From: an uncultured bacterium
GTDB taxonomy: Bacteria > Verrucomicrobiota > Verrucomicrobiia > Limisphaerales > UBA8199
Direction: 5' to 3'
NCBI GenBank assembly: GCA_963749495.1
Contig: CAVVMW010000008.1
Coordinates: 64,001-128,000, forward strand
DNA length: 64,000 bases
The notes under the pieces are model-generated. The model had not been told where the DNA came from. It saw nothing but the letters and a program-made list of their open reading frames with translations, and searched no databases. The translations under genes and the position numbers were made by a program. This document shows, in pieces, positions 1 to 10,787 of this stretch. Every line of letters begins with the position of its first letter. Positions within the stretch are counted from its first letter, which is position 1.

Positions 1-166
1 GGGTCAATCCTGGCAACGCGCGCGTGATTGAGTCCACGGTCTCCCCGTTTTGCAGGAGCCCAACGACGTCATGGACAGCTATGCGGCTGCCCTCAAGCCG
101 GGCGTTCCCGCCGCATACTCCTGAGGTCCGCGTGATGTAACGATAGGTCTCGACCGCTCTATTCAT
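1..166 (-). CDS. DUF433 domain protein (putative antitoxin), runs off window start
   Basis: Manual translation from ATG at 166: MNRAVETYRYITRTSGVCGGNARLEGSRIAVHDVVGLLQNGETVDSITRALPGLT; matches the DUF433 pattern I..tpgvcGG.p.i.GtRI.V. Confidence 0.8.
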   Translation of the reverse strand, partial: MNRAVETYRYITRTSGVCGGNARLEGSRIAVHDVVGLLQNGETVDSITRALPGLT

Positions 167-230
167 GTGCCAAGCATAGCCGTCTCTGCCCGTGCCTGCA
201 ACGCTGCCGTGGCAACACAGTGTGATTAAA

Positions 231-1421
231 TCAGATGGGCTTGGGCATCCGGGTCCAGAGGCCTTTCTTGCCGGTGCTCTTGAGGGCGGTTTCGATGAAG
301 GCGATGCCCGTCCAGCCATCCTCGACGTTCGCATATTTGGAGCCGTCGCACTTGAAGGGCTGGCCCGCCTTCCATTTGCGCACGTCGGCCTCGAAGCAAC
401 GATGGAGCCGGGCGTAGGCGTCGTGGAAGGCCTCCGGGTGGCCGGAGGGGATGGTGGGCTCGGCCATGAGGCCCGGGGGGACATCCTTGGGCAGGAACCC
501 GTTGCCCGGGGTGACCGCCCCGCGCCAATAGGCGCGGTCAGGCTGGTTGGCCAGGCAGACGGTGACGGATTCGGGTTCTTCCTGGCGCCAGTGGAGGGTG
601 CCTTTGGTGCCGGCGACGAGGATGGCGAGGTCGTTCTTGTGGCCGATGCAGATCTGGGAGGCGCGGACCAGGGCCTTGCCGCCGTTGCTGAGCCGGCAAT
701 AGGTGGTGAAGTGATCGTCCAGAGGGCGGCCCTCGACGAAGGTCTCCAGTTGAGCGGAGACCTCGACCACGTCCAGGCCGGTGACGTAGCGGAGCTGCAT
801 GAGGGCGTGAGTGCCGATGTCGCCGCCGCAGCCGGAGCCGCCGGCCAGCTTGGGATTGGTGCGCCAGGCGGCTTGCATCTGGCCGGTGGCCTCCAGGCGC
901 GTGGCCAGCCAGCCCTGGAGGTAGCAGGAGTCAACCCAGCGGACCTCGCCCAGGAGGCCCGCCTGGACGATGTAGCGGGAGAACCGGCTGGTCCAGTGGC
1001 CCAGGTAGGTGTGCGCCACGCCGAACGGGACGTTGTGCTTGCGCACGGTCCTGACGATGTCGGCCGCCTCCTTGAGGTTCATGCACAGGGGCTTCTCGCA
1101 GAAGACGGCGATGCCCGCCTTGATCGCCTTGATCGCCGGGTCATAGTGAACGTGGTTGGGCGTGACGATGACGACGTAGTTCAGCTTCTGGTCCTCGGGC
1201 AGGCCGGCGTTGGCGGCGATCATCTCGTCGTAGGAGCCGTAGCCCTTGAGCGGATAGGGCCAGTTGGCCGCCTCTTCCAGGGCGATTTTCGGGTCGGGGA
1301 ACAGGGCGGCGGCGGTCACCCGCCGCGTGCCGTCGAAATGAATCGCCTTCTGGTGCGGCTGCACGATGAAGGCGCCCTTGCCGCCGCCGACTAATCCGAC
1401 ATTGAGGGGTCTGTTGGGCAT
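231..1421 (-). CDS. Gfo/Idh/MocA family NAD(P)-dependent oxidoreductase
   Basis: N-terminal Rossmann VGLVGGG, VTPNHVH, CEKPL, GDIGTH motifs; 396 aa. Confidence 0.92.
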   Translation of the reverse strand: MPNRPLNVGLVGGGKGAFIVQPHQKAIHFDGTRRVTAAALFPDPKIALEEAANWPYPLKGYGSYDEMIAANAGLPEDQKLNYVVIVTPNHVHYDPAIKAIKAGIAVFCEKPLCMNLKEAADIVRTVRKHNVPFGVAHTYLGHWTSRFSRYIVQAGLLGEVRWVDSCYLQGWLATRLEATGQMQAAWRTNPKLAGGSGCGGDIGTHALMQLRYVTGLDVVEVSAQLETFVEGRPLDDHFTTYCRLSNGGKALVRASQICIGHKNDLAILVAGTKGTLHWRQEEPESVTVCLANQPDRAYWRGAVTPGNGFLPKDVPPGLMAEPTIPSGHPEAFHDAYARLHRCFEADVRKWKAGQPFKCDGSKYANVEDGWTGIAFIETALKSTGKKGLWTRMPKPI

Positions 1422-1632
1422 AGATGCTTCTCCGTTTTTATTGTGTTAGTCTTTTTAGCAGTTTGTCGCTCGATAATTTGTTTCGTCAAACCTTCGCGGG
1501 CGGCAGCATAAAGAGACGCCCCGCCCGTTTCAAGGCCGGAACGCAGATTTCGGCGGGCATTCGGGCGCGTCTCAACCTTGTCGAGCCCGGCCGAAGCGGG
1601 CGATGGGAGCGCGCGTCCGAATTCGCGAAGCG

Positions 1633-1710
1633 TTTTGGACTGCGGCAGTCCTCTGCCGCTTTTCGGACCCTGGGGACGCGAAAGCGCCAGAGGACTGGCG
1701 CAGTCCAAAA
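1633..1710. repeat. REP-like palindrome, 30-bp arms
   Basis: TTTTGGACTGCGGCAGTCCTCTGCCGCTTT (1633-1662) is the reverse complement of 1681-1710 with 2 mismatches; 18-bp spacer. Confidence 0.9.
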
Positions 1711-1881
1711 CCTTGCGGGCTTGCCGACGCCGCGCTCCAATTGCCTGGGTTGCCGAGGGCCGACAAAGGTGAGATGCGCCCGGGAACATTCCCATCGGCT
1801 CAAATGTGCCCGAGCCTTGAAGCCGCGCCGCCGCCGGGGCTTGTCACCGTGCGGGTTTTGTAACAATGTATTCTGCGAAAT

Positions 1882-3144
1882 ATGGCAGGCAAATCGAGTT
1901 TCTTGGACAAGGTGCTGGGCCACATTGGGCGGCTGGACGCGGAGGGGCTTCAGACGGTGGTCCAGCGGCTGGCGCGCGAGCGGAATTTCCTGGAGACGCT
2001 CTTCAACACGATCGAGGACGGCGTGCTGGTGGTCGATGAGGCGGGGCGCATCCTCTATTTCAACCAGGCGGTGACACGGTTGCTGGGCTTGCAGGGGAAC
2101 GTCGAGGGCGAGCCGGTGACCGACCACATTCCGGGGCTGGACTGGGAGAAGCTGGCGCGGTTCGATTTGGCCGGGGGCCAGGGCGGGGTGCGGCATGAAT
2201 TCGAGGTGCTCTACCCGCGGCCGCGTTTTCTGCGGCTCTACGCCGCGCCGCTGGACGGCGAGGGGCCGGGGAGCGCGGGGGTGGCGCTGATCCTGCACGA
2301 TGCGACCGAGGCGCGGCAGCAGACCTTCGAGGCGATCGAGAGCGAACGCATCCAGGCGCTGACGCTGCTGGCGGCCAGCGTGGCCCATGAGATCGGCAAC
2401 CCGCTCAACGCCTTGCACATCCACCTGCAACTGATGGAGCGCGAGGTCAAGAAGCTCAAGAGCTCGGTGGAGAGGACGCCCTCGCCGGGCGCGGCGGCCG
2501 GCCCTCGTTCGCGGGACCGCGCCCGGGGCGTGGGCCTGGAGAGCGAGGCGGCGGAGATAGCCGCCCGGCTCGAGCAGTTCCACGCCGTGGCCAAAGGCGA
2601 GATCAACCGCCTGGACTGCATCGTCACTCAGTTCCTGCAGGCCATTCGCCCGACCGCCCCGCAACTCAGGCCCGCCGGGCTCAACGAGGTGGTCCAGAAG
2701 ACCCTCGAACTGCTCCGGCCCGAATTGGACAATCGGGGCCTGAACGTCAAGACCCGGCTGGCCCGCCAATTGCCCGCGACCCCGATTGACCCCAACCAGG
2801 TCCAACAGGTCCTGGTCAACCTGGCGCGAAACGCCATGCAGGCGATGACTCGCGACGGCACCTTGTCCCTGGAGACCTGGGAAGGGGCGGACGGGGTTTG
2901 GGTCAGCGTGGCCGATACGGGCGGCGGCATACCGCAGGAACAGATCAATCGCATCTTCGAACCGTTTTTCACCACGAAGAAAAGAGGCTCGGGCCTGGGC
3001 CTGATGATCGTCCAGCGCATCGTGCGGGCCCACGGCGGCCGCATCGAACTGGAGAGCCAGGTCGGCCGCGGCACCACCTTCCGCATCTGGCTGCCCCTGC
3101 ACGAACGCAAACCCCGCCTGCTCGAGGCCCCGATGCATGATTAA
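1882..3144 (+). CDS. PAS-domain sensor histidine kinase (NtrB-like, apparently cytoplasmic)
   Basis: PAS-like N-terminus, H-box AHEIGNPL, N-box NLARNA, DTGGGI, FEPFFTTK, GSGLGL; no obvious TM helix. Confidence 0.95.
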   Translation: MAGKSSFLDKVLGHIGRLDAEGLQTVVQRLARERNFLETLFNTIEDGVLVVDEAGRILYFNQAVTRLLGLQGNVEGEPVTDHIPGLDWEKLARFDLAGGQGGVRHEFEVLYPRPRFLRLYAAPLDGEGPGSAGVALILHDATEARQQTFEAIESERIQALTLLAASVAHEIGNPLNALHIHLQLMEREVKKLKSSVERTPSPGAAAGPRSRDRARGVGLESEAAEIAARLEQFHAVAKGEINRLDCIVTQFLQAIRPTAPQLRPAGLNEVVQKTLELLRPELDNRGLNVKTRLARQLPATPIDPNQVQQVLVNLARNAMQAMTRDGTLSLETWEGADGVWVSVADTGGGIPQEQINRIFEPFFTTKKRGSGLGLMIVQRIVRAHGGRIELESQVGRGTTFRIWLPLHERKPRLLEAPMHD

Positions 3145-3356
3145 AGGCTAAAGGCTGAAGGCTAAAGGCCGAGGGCGCCTGGCGCGCGTTGCCCTGTCCC
3201 TTTCGTCCCTTATGTCGCTTATGTCCCTTTTGTCCCGCAAGCCGAGGCCCGGCCGCTAACCCCTCCAGGCTCCGTTGCACTCGCCCGGCCTTCGGCACTT
3301 TAGCCTTTAGCCTTTAGCCTTTAATTTAGCCTTTAGCCTTTAGCCTTTAGCCTTTA
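3142..3356. repeat. Dispersed ~200-bp element with inverted heptamer arrays, copy 1
   Basis: TAAAGGC repeats at left, GCCTTTA repeats at right; core GCGCGTTGCCCTGTCCCTTTCGT.CCTTATGTCGCTTATGTCCCTTTTGTCCC shared with 6762-6955. Confidence 0.9.
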
Positions 3357-3374
3357 TTCTGTGCGCCGCCAGAA

Positions 3375-4748
3375 ATGACGCCGACGATATTGATAGTGGA
3401 TGACGAGAAGACGCAGCGGGAAGGGCTCCGGGCGGCGCTGGAGGACCGCTATGATGTGTATCTGGCGGAGGACGCGCGGACGGCAATGGAGTTGCTGGAG
3501 CGCGAGGCGGTGGACGTGCTGCTGACGGATTTCCGGCTGCCGAGCGAGGACGGGATGAAGCTCATCACGCGGGCCAAGTCGCTCTCCAAGCCGCCCATCT
3601 GCATCCTGATGACGGCCTATGGGTCGGAGGAGTTGGCGGTGGAGGCGATGAAACGCGGGGCGGACGACTACATCGCCAAGGGGCGGATGCAGATCGACGA
3701 ACTGGAGATGCGGATAGCGCGGGCCTTGCGGCAGCAGAACCTGGAGGCGGAGAACGTCTCGCTGCGCCAGCAGCTCGATGTGAAGTTCGGGCTGGAGAAC
3801 CTGGTCGGCGAGTCGCCCGCCATGCGCGAGGTGCTGGAGATGGTGCGGCAAGTGGCGCCGTCGCGGGCGACGGTCCTCCTGCAGGGCGAGAGCGGCACCG
3901 GCAAGGAGCGCGTTGTCAAGGCCATCCACCAGCTCAGTCCCCGCGCCCGCCAGCCGATGGTGACCGTGCACTGCGCGGCGCTGGCGCCGACGCTGCTGGA
4001 GAGCGAGCTCTTCGGCCATGAGAAGGGCGCCTTCACCGGGGCCTACGAACGGCGGATAGGCCGTTTCGAGCAGGCCCAGGGCGGCACGTTGTTCCTGGAC
4101 GAGATCGGCGAGATTGATGCCTCGGTGCAGATCAAGCTGCTGCGGTTTTTGGGCGAGCGGACCTTCGAGCGGGTCGGCTCGAACAAGACGCTGACCGCCG
4201 ACGTGCGCCTGGTGGCGGCCACGAACAAGAGCCTCGAGGAACTGGTCAAGACCGGGGCGTTCCGCGAGGACCTGTTTTTCCGGTTGCGGGTGGTGGAGAT
4301 TTGGCTGCCGCCGCTGCGGGAGCGGCCGGAGGACATCCCGTTGTTGGCGCAGGCCTTTGTGCGGGAGTTTGCCGCCGAGAACAACAAGCCGGTGGCCGGC
4401 TTCACGCCGGAGGCGCTGGCGTTGCTGCTGCGCTATGCCTGGCCCGGCAACGTGCGGGAGCTGCGCACCTCCGTCGAACACGGCGTCGTCCTGTGCCGGG
4501 GCGAGCGCATCGGCGCGCGCGACCTGCCGCCCTCGGTGCGCAACGGCGGCAGCGCCGGGCCGGCCAAGGAGCAGGCGCACCCCCTGGCCCCGCCAAGCGA
4601 CCTGACCGTCAAAGAGGCGGAAAAGGAACTTATCCTGCGCGCGCTCAAAGAGACCGGTGGCAATCGCACTCTGGCGGCAAAGAAACTGGGCTTGAGCCGG
4701 CGCACCCTGCACCGCAAGCTCCACGCCTACCACATCGAGGGATTTTAA
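3375..4748 (+). CDS. Sigma-54-dependent response regulator (NtrC family)
   Basis: Receiver domain, GESGTGKE, ESELFGHEKGAFTGA, LFLDEIGE, WPGNVREL, C-terminal Fis-type HTH. Confidence 0.97.
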   Translation: MTPTILIVDDEKTQREGLRAALEDRYDVYLAEDARTAMELLEREAVDVLLTDFRLPSEDGMKLITRAKSLSKPPICILMTAYGSEELAVEAMKRGADDYIAKGRMQIDELEMRIARALRQQNLEAENVSLRQQLDVKFGLENLVGESPAMREVLEMVRQVAPSRATVLLQGESGTGKERVVKAIHQLSPRARQPMVTVHCAALAPTLLESELFGHEKGAFTGAYERRIGRFEQAQGGTLFLDEIGEIDASVQIKLLRFLGERTFERVGSNKTLTADVRLVAATNKSLEELVKTGAFREDLFFRLRVVEIWLPPLRERPEDIPLLAQAFVREFAAENNKPVAGFTPEALALLLRYAWPGNVRELRTSVEHGVVLCRGERIGARDLPPSVRNGGSAGPAKEQAHPLAPPSDLTVKEAEKELILRALKETGGNRTLAAKKLGLSRRTLHRKLHAYHIEGF

Positions 4749-4793
4749 CGTGGCGCCGACGATCTTAAACGGCGGTTCAGGAGCATTCGGACG

Positions 4794-4864
4794 CGAGGGT
4801 CGAGGGACGAGGGGCGAGGGTCGAGGGAGGGAACTCCGCCCCTCGCCCCTCGCCCCTCGCCCCT
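4794..4864. repeat. Inverted heptamer arrays (CGAGGGN / CCCTCGC)
   Basis: About 5 CGAGGG(T/A/G) units followed by about 4 GCCCCTC units; can form a hairpin. Confidence 0.85.
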
Positions 4865-4922
4865 TCGAGGTCCGATTACTTATGAACCAAGGTCTAGCTA
4901 CGTCGACCAATCTAACCTAACC

Positions 4923-6764
4923 ATGCACATTCCACTACCTCAAGATATCGTTCACCAATTGGAAGTCGGCGGGGCCAACCGCTACTTCCGCATCGGGCTG
5001 CTCGTGCTGGGCCTGGCGGCGGTGACCTTTTTTTATGATTGGCGCGCCTTTAAGAACATGAATACCCAGGAGGCCATGGACAGCGCGCAGGTCGCCCGGA
5101 ACCTGGCCCAGGGCAAGGGCTACAGCACGCTCTTCATCCGCCCCTTGAGCCTCTACCTGGTCAAGCGCCATAACCAGGGGACGGCGCGCCAAGCGGACAT
5201 GGCGGCGGACCCTGCCCGGGTCAAGGGCGCGCACCCCGACCTGGCCAATCCCCCGGTCTATCCCGTCCTGCTGGCCGGCCTGATGAAGGTGCTGCCCTTC
5301 CATTACCCGCTTTCGCGAGGCCCATTCTGGACACGGGACGGCGCCTTCTGGCGCTACGAGCCTGATTTTCTCATCACGCTGTTCAACCAGGTCCTGTTTT
5401 TGGGGATGGTGGTGGCGGTCTTCTTCCTGGCCAGACGCCTGTTCGATGCGCCTGTGGCGTGGCTTTCGGCGGTGTTGCTGGTGGGCGGCGATTTGTATTG
5501 GCGCTTCTCGGTTTCCGGGCTCTCGACGATGCTCCTGCTGTTGATCTTCACGGGGCTGGCCTGGTGCCTGGTGCTGGTCGAGGAGGAGTCGCGCGAGCCC
5601 AAGTGGGGGCGGAACGGGGTGTTTCTGCTTGGGGCGGCTCTCGGGGTCCTGGTGGGTCTGGGTGGGCTGACCCGGTATAGTTTCGGGTGGTTGATCCTGC
5701 CGGTGGCGGCCTTCCTCATCCTGTTCTCGAACCAGCGGCAGCGCGCGGTCGTGACGTTGGCGGCCCTGGCCGGGTTTGTCCTGGTGATGGGACCATGGCT
5801 GCTGCGCAACTATGCGATCAGCGGCGCCCCGTTCGGCACGGCCGGTTTCGCCGTGCTGCAGGACACGAGTATCTTTCGCGAGAACCGCCTGCTGCGCTCG
5901 CTGGAGCCCGACTTTTCGCGGGTGTCCCTGTTCCCTTTATGGATCAAGCTGATGACCAATCTGCGGCAGATCATCCAGAGCGACCTGCCCACGCTGGGCG
6001 GCACGTGGGTCACTTCGTTTTTCCTGGTGGGCCTGCTGGTGAGCTTTCACAAGCCCTCGACGCGGCGGCTGCGCTACTTTGTGTTGCTGTGCCTGCCGGT
6101 CCTGGCCGTGGTGCAGGCCCTGGGCCGCACCCAACTCTCCGAGGCCTCGCCCGAGATCAACTCCGAGAATCTCCTGGTCCTGGCGGCCCCGCTGGTGCTG
6201 GTCTATGGCGTGAGCCTCTTCTACATCCTGCTCGAGCAGGTCGAGGTCCCCGTGCTGCCGGTGCGCCATGTCATCACGGGCGTCTTCGGCTTCATTGCCT
6301 GCCTGCCGTTGGTCCTGGTCTTCCTGCCCCCCCGCCCGCAGCCGGTGACCTACCCTGCCACTCCCTACATGCCGCCGTTCATCCAGGAGTTCGCCGGTTA
6401 CATGAAGGAAAACGAACTGATGATGAGCGACATTCCCTGGGCCGTGGCCTGGTACGGCAACCGGCAAGCTGTCTGGCTCACCCTGCGCGCGGTGCCCACC
6501 GCCAAAGACCGCACTCAGCACGAGGACTTCTTCTCCATCAACGACTACATCAAGCCCGTGAATGCCCTCTACCTCACCGCCGAGAGCATGGACAGCAGGT
6601 TCGTCTCCCAGTGGCTCCAAGCCGGCGAAGAAAGCTGGGGCACTTTCATCGCCCAAACCGGCCTCATGCACAAGGTTCCGGAAGGTTTCCCCCTGGTGAA
6701 GGCCCAGGCCCTTTACTTCCCTTACCAGCTTTTCCTGGCGGATTGGGAACGCTGGATAAAGTAA
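4923..6764 (+). CDS. Polytopic membrane protein, GT-C (ArnT/PMT-like, GT39/GT83) glycosyltransferase
   Basis: Many TM helices; acidic motif after TM1 (EAMDSAQVARNLAQGKG), PPVYPVLLA, LTRY and PWLLRNY segments typical of GT-C proteins. Confidence 0.7.
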   Translation: MHIPLPQDIVHQLEVGGANRYFRIGLLVLGLAAVTFFYDWRAFKNMNTQEAMDSAQVARNLAQGKGYSTLFIRPLSLYLVKRHNQGTARQADMAADPARVKGAHPDLANPPVYPVLLAGLMKVLPFHYPLSRGPFWTRDGAFWRYEPDFLITLFNQVLFLGMVVAVFFLARRLFDAPVAWLSAVLLVGGDLYWRFSVSGLSTMLLLLIFTGLAWCLVLVEEESREPKWGRNGVFLLGAALGVLVGLGGLTRYSFGWLILPVAAFLILFSNQRQRAVVTLAALAGFVLVMGPWLLRNYAISGAPFGTAGFAVLQDTSIFRENRLLRSLEPDFSRVSLFPLWIKLMTNLRQIIQSDLPTLGGTWVTSFFLVGLLVSFHKPSTRRLRYFVLLCLPVLAVVQALGRTQLSEASPEINSENLLVLAAPLVLVYGVSLFYILLEQVEVPVLPVRHVITGVFGFIACLPLVLVFLPPRPQPVTYPATPYMPPFIQEFAGYMKENELMMSDIPWAVAWYGNRQAVWLTLRAVPTAKDRTQHEDFFSINDYIKPVNALYLTAESMDSRFVSQWLQAGEESWGTFIAQTGLMHKVPEGFPLVKAQALYFPYQLFLADWERWIK

Positions 6765-6955
6765 AGGCTGAAGGCTAAAGTGCCGAAGGCGCGCGTTGCC
6801 CTGTCCCTTTCGTGCCTTATGTCGCTTATGTCCCTTTTGTCCCTCAACCCGAGGCATCTCGAGAGACAAGCCCATGCTCCCCTGCATTCGCCCCGCCTTC
6901 GGCACTTTAGCCTTTAGCCTTTAGCCTTTAGCCTTTAATTCAGCCTTTAGCCTTT
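6762..6955. repeat. Dispersed ~200-bp element with inverted heptamer arrays, copy 2
   Basis: Same architecture and core as 3142-3356. Confidence 0.9.
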
Positions 6956-7671
6956 CCGCCCAGGTCCACTCCGGCTTGGCGTACCTGTCCTGGGCCAGGA
7001 GGCGGATGCGGTCCAGGGGGACGTCAGCCAGGGCGGCCTGGGCCTGCCAGCCCTGGCGCAAGGCCGCTTTGAGATGCGAGGCGGGGATGCCCAGGTTGAC
7101 CAGGAACTGGGAGTGCGAACGGTTGGCGCGGTAGTCCGGCTGCCGGGAGGGCATGAGCAGCGCCTGCTCGATTAGGGCCACGTCGAAATCGAGCAAGAAG
7201 GTGCCATGAAAGAGCAGGGCGCGCCGCCTGCGCCGCTGGGAATTGCCCGAGAATTTCAGCGCGCCCAGGGCCAGGTCGGTCTGGCCCTGCGCTTGGACTG
7301 GACGCTGAAGCAGCTCCTGGAGGAGGGCCCGGTGGCGGTTCAGGACCAAGCGGTTGGTGGAGGTGACGCTGTGGAGCGGCCCGGCCGCGTCGAGGCGCAG
7401 GCTCAGCGCATAATTGAGGCAGCCCGGCCCCTGGAGGACGGTCCCGCCCCCACTGCACCGCCGCAAGATCGGCAGACCGCTTTGCCGGCAAAACGGCACA
7501 TTCACCTCGCGCTCGACCTGGTTGGCGTAGCCGACGACTACGAAGTGCCGGGCCGGCTCCCAGACTCGCAGCACCTCGCCGGCCGAAACCTTCGTCGCAG
7601 AGGTCCAGCAAAACTTCGTCGCACGCCAGGTTCTCCTCCGGGGTGGGCAAGCTCAGGTCCAGATAGAGCAT
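6921..7671 (-). CDS. Lipoate-protein ligase A family protein (frameshift ~7587)
   Basis: N-terminus MLYLDLSLPTPEENLACDEVLL joins EVLRVWE...RRCSGGGTV...KFSGNSQ...HGTFL in another frame; divergent from the PDH cluster. Confidence 0.88.
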
Positions 7672-7753
7672 CGAAGCAGAGCAAGTCGGTGGGGGAATGG
7701 GTGCGGGAACATCCGGGAGTTACACAAACCAAATCGAAGCACGCGACAATGGC

Positions 7754-7836
7754 GCAACCTTTGTCGCAATCTGTGTCGCAACCTTCGTCGAGAAATGCGC
7801 GTTCGACAAAGGCCGCGACAAAGGCCGCGACAAAGG
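7754..7836. repeat. Inverted 12-bp tandem repeats
   Basis: Three CTTTGTCGCAAC-like units facing three CGACAAAGGCCG units. Confidence 0.8.
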
Positions 7837-7943
7837 TCCAAAACCCTCGTGGCTGTGCCAATTGGCTTGTTCCAATTTAGATTCGACATTCGTCATTCGT
7901 CATTTCATGCCCCTTGGTCCACCTGTCCGCCGGAGGGCCTTCG

Positions 7944-7952
7944 TGGTATAAT
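7944..7952 (+). promoter_or_regulatory. Putative extended -10 sigma-70 promoter for aceE operon
   Basis: TGGTATAAT matches TGnTATAAT exactly, ~115 bp upstream of the aceE start. Confidence 0.45.
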
Positions 7953-8066
7953 GGAACGAGGGCATTTTGCCTGGCATTGCCGTGGCAGCCCGTCCACAAT
8001 AAAAAGCCGCGCGGCGATTTGACAGTCGTACAATTGCGGTATAAGTCAAAGACATTTTACGGGACC

Positions 8067-10777
8067 ATGAACGCCATGAAGGAACCCGGGACCAGGCCCG
8101 CCGGCACGGGCCGCGAGATGGGCCATAACGGCCAGACGGAGCGGGAGTGGCTGGAGTCGCTCGAGAATGTGGTTGCACATGCGTTGCGCGACCAGGGCTC
8201 GAAAGACACGGCGCGTTTTCTGGAGGGCCTCACGGGCCGGCTCCGCGCCGAGGGCGTCGAGGCGCCCCGGGTGGTCAGCACGCCTTACGTCAATACGATC
8301 CCCGCCGACAAACAGGCGCCGTTTCCCGGCAACTGGGAGATGGAACGGCGCATCAAGAGCTATGTCCGCTGGAACGCGATGGCGATGGTGGTCAACGCCA
8401 ACCGGCAGCACAGCGGTCTGGGCGGGCACATCTCGACTTATGCCTCGTGCGCGACGCTGGTGGAAGTGGCCTTTAACCATTTCCTGCGCGCCCGCACTGA
8501 GGGCTTCGTGGGCGACATGGTCTTTTTCCAGGGCCACGCCACACCCGGCATCTATGCGCGGGCGTTCCTCGAGGGGCGCCTGGACGAGAGGCATCTCCAC
8601 CATTTCCGGCAGGAACTGGCCGAGGGAGGCGGGCTCTCGTCCTATCCTCATCCCTACCTGATGCCCGATTTCTGGCAGTTCCCCACCGTCTCGATGGGGC
8701 TGGGGCCGCTGCTGTCGATCTACCAGGCCCGCTTCAACCGCTACTTGCGGGCGCGGGGCCTGACCGAGGGCCCGAAGCCAAGGTGTGGGCGTTCCTGGGC
8801 GATGGCGAGACCGACGAACCGGAGACGCTGGGGTCGCTCACGCTGGCGGCGCGCGAAAACCTGGACAACCTCCTGTGGGTGGTCAACTGCAACCTGCAGC
8901 GGCTGGACGGCCCGGTGCGGGGCAACGGCAAGATCATCCAGGAATTGGAGGCGATTTTCCAGGGCGCCGGGTGGAACGTCATCAAAGTGATCTGGGGTTC
9001 GGATTGGGACCCCCTGCTGGCCGCGGACCCAGCCGGCCTGCTGGTCAAGCGGATGGAAGAGGCGGTGGACGGGGATTACCAGAAGTACTCGGTCGAGCCG
9101 GGCAGCTACACGCGCCGGCACTTCTTCGGCAAGTACCCCGAGCTGCTGGACCTGGTCAAGCACTTGAGCGACGAACAGATCCACAAGCTGCTGCGGGGCG
9201 GCCACGACTCGCGCAAGGTCTATGCCGCCTACAAAGCCGCCGTCGAGCACCGGGGCCGGCCCACGGTCATCCTGGCCAAGACGGTCAAAGGCTACGGCCT
9301 GGGCGAGGCCGGCGAGGGACGCAACGTCACGCACCAGCAGAAGAAGCTCAACGAAAAAGAGCTGCGCGAGTTCCGCGCCCGTTTCGGCGTGCCGATCAGC
9401 GACGAGGAAATAGCCGAAGCGCCGTTTTTCCGCCCGCCGCCCGACAGCATCGAGACGCAGTACCTGCTGGGGCTGCGCCGGAAGCTGGGCGGTTTCCTGC
9501 CTCTGCGCGCAGTGAGCGCACAGCCGCTGGAGGCGCCGAAACTGGCCGCCTTTGGCGAGATGCTCAAAGGCAGCGGCCACTTCGAGATGTCCACCACCAT
9601 GGCGTTCGTGCGCCTGCTCGGGCTGCTCATTCGCGACAAGCGGATCGGCCGGCAAATCGTGCCGATTATCCCGGATGAGGCCCGCACCTTCGGGCTGGAT
9701 GCCCTGTTCCGCGAGGTCGGGATTTATTCGCCCAAGGGCCAGTTGTACGAGCCGGTGGACATGAAATCGCTCCTCTACTATCACGAGGCCAAAGACGGCC
9801 AGATCCTGGAGGAGGGCATTACCGAGGCGGGCTCGATGGCCTCGTTCATCGCCGCCGGCACCTCCTACGCGACCCAGGGCCGGTACATGGTGCCCTTCTA
9901 CATCTATTACTCGATGTTCGGCTTCCAGCGCATCGGCGACCTCATGTGGCTGGCGGGCGACATCCGCGCCAAGGGCTTCCTGCTGGGCGCCACCTCGGGG
10001 CGCACCACCCTCAACGGCGAGGGCCTCCAGCACCAGGACGGGCATAGCCTGATCCTCTCGAGCACCATCCCGACCCTGCTCACCTACGACCCCGCCTTCG
10101 GTTACGAAGTGGCCGCGATCATTGCCGAGGGTCTCCGGCGCATGTTCGTCGCGGGGGAGGACATCTTCTATTACCTGACGCTCTATAACGAAAACTATGC
10201 CATGCCGCCGATGCCCGCAGGGGCCGAGGAGGGCATCGTCAAGGGCCTCTACAAGCTCCAGCCGGGCCCGGAGGGCAAGCGCCTCAAGGCCCAGCTCCTG
10301 GGCAGCGGACCCATCCTCCGCTGTGCCCTGCGCGCCCAGCAAATCCTGGCCGAGCATTACGAAGTCTCCGCCGATGTCTGGAGCGCCACCAGCTACAAGC
10401 TCCTGCGCAATGACGCCCTGCGCGCCCAACGCTGGAACAGGCTGCACCCGGCCCAGCCCCCCAGGCCCTCCTACCTCCAGCAGGTCCTCCAACGCGAGCA
10501 GGGCGTCTTCGTCGCCATCTCCGACAACATGAAGATCGTTCCGGACCAGATTGCGCCCTGGGTCCCCGGGGGCCTGACCACGCTGGGCACCGACGGCTTC
10601 GGCCGCAGCGACACCCGCGAGCGCCTCCGCCGCTTCTTCGAGGTGGATGCCGAATCCACCGTCATCGCCACCCTCTACGCCCTGGCCCAAAAGGGCCAAC
10701 TCGAACCCGGCGTGGCCCAGAAGGCGATTCAGGACCTGGGCGTGGACCCGGAAAAGGCGGCGCCTCAGATCGTGTGA
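8067..10777 (+). CDS. aceE: Pyruvate dehydrogenase E1, homodimeric type (frameshift ~8778)
   Basis: STPYVNTIP, GGHISTYAS, FQGHATPGIYARAFLEGR, FPTVSMGLGP, then next frame FLGDGETDEPE, NCNLQRLDGPVRGNGKIIQELE, GEGLQHQDG, LGTDGFGRSD; start codon uncertain (8067/8076/8118). Confidence 0.95.
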
Positions 10778-10787
10778 CACACAGAAT

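Noticed and set aside
1391..1863. Small ORFs containing VLDCASPLAL / SGRGLPQSK
   Set aside because: Translations of the REP-like palindrome at 1633-1710
8019..8045. TTGACA...TATAAG promoter upstream of aceE
   Set aside because: 15-bp spacer and imperfect -10; the extended -10 at 7944-7952 fits better
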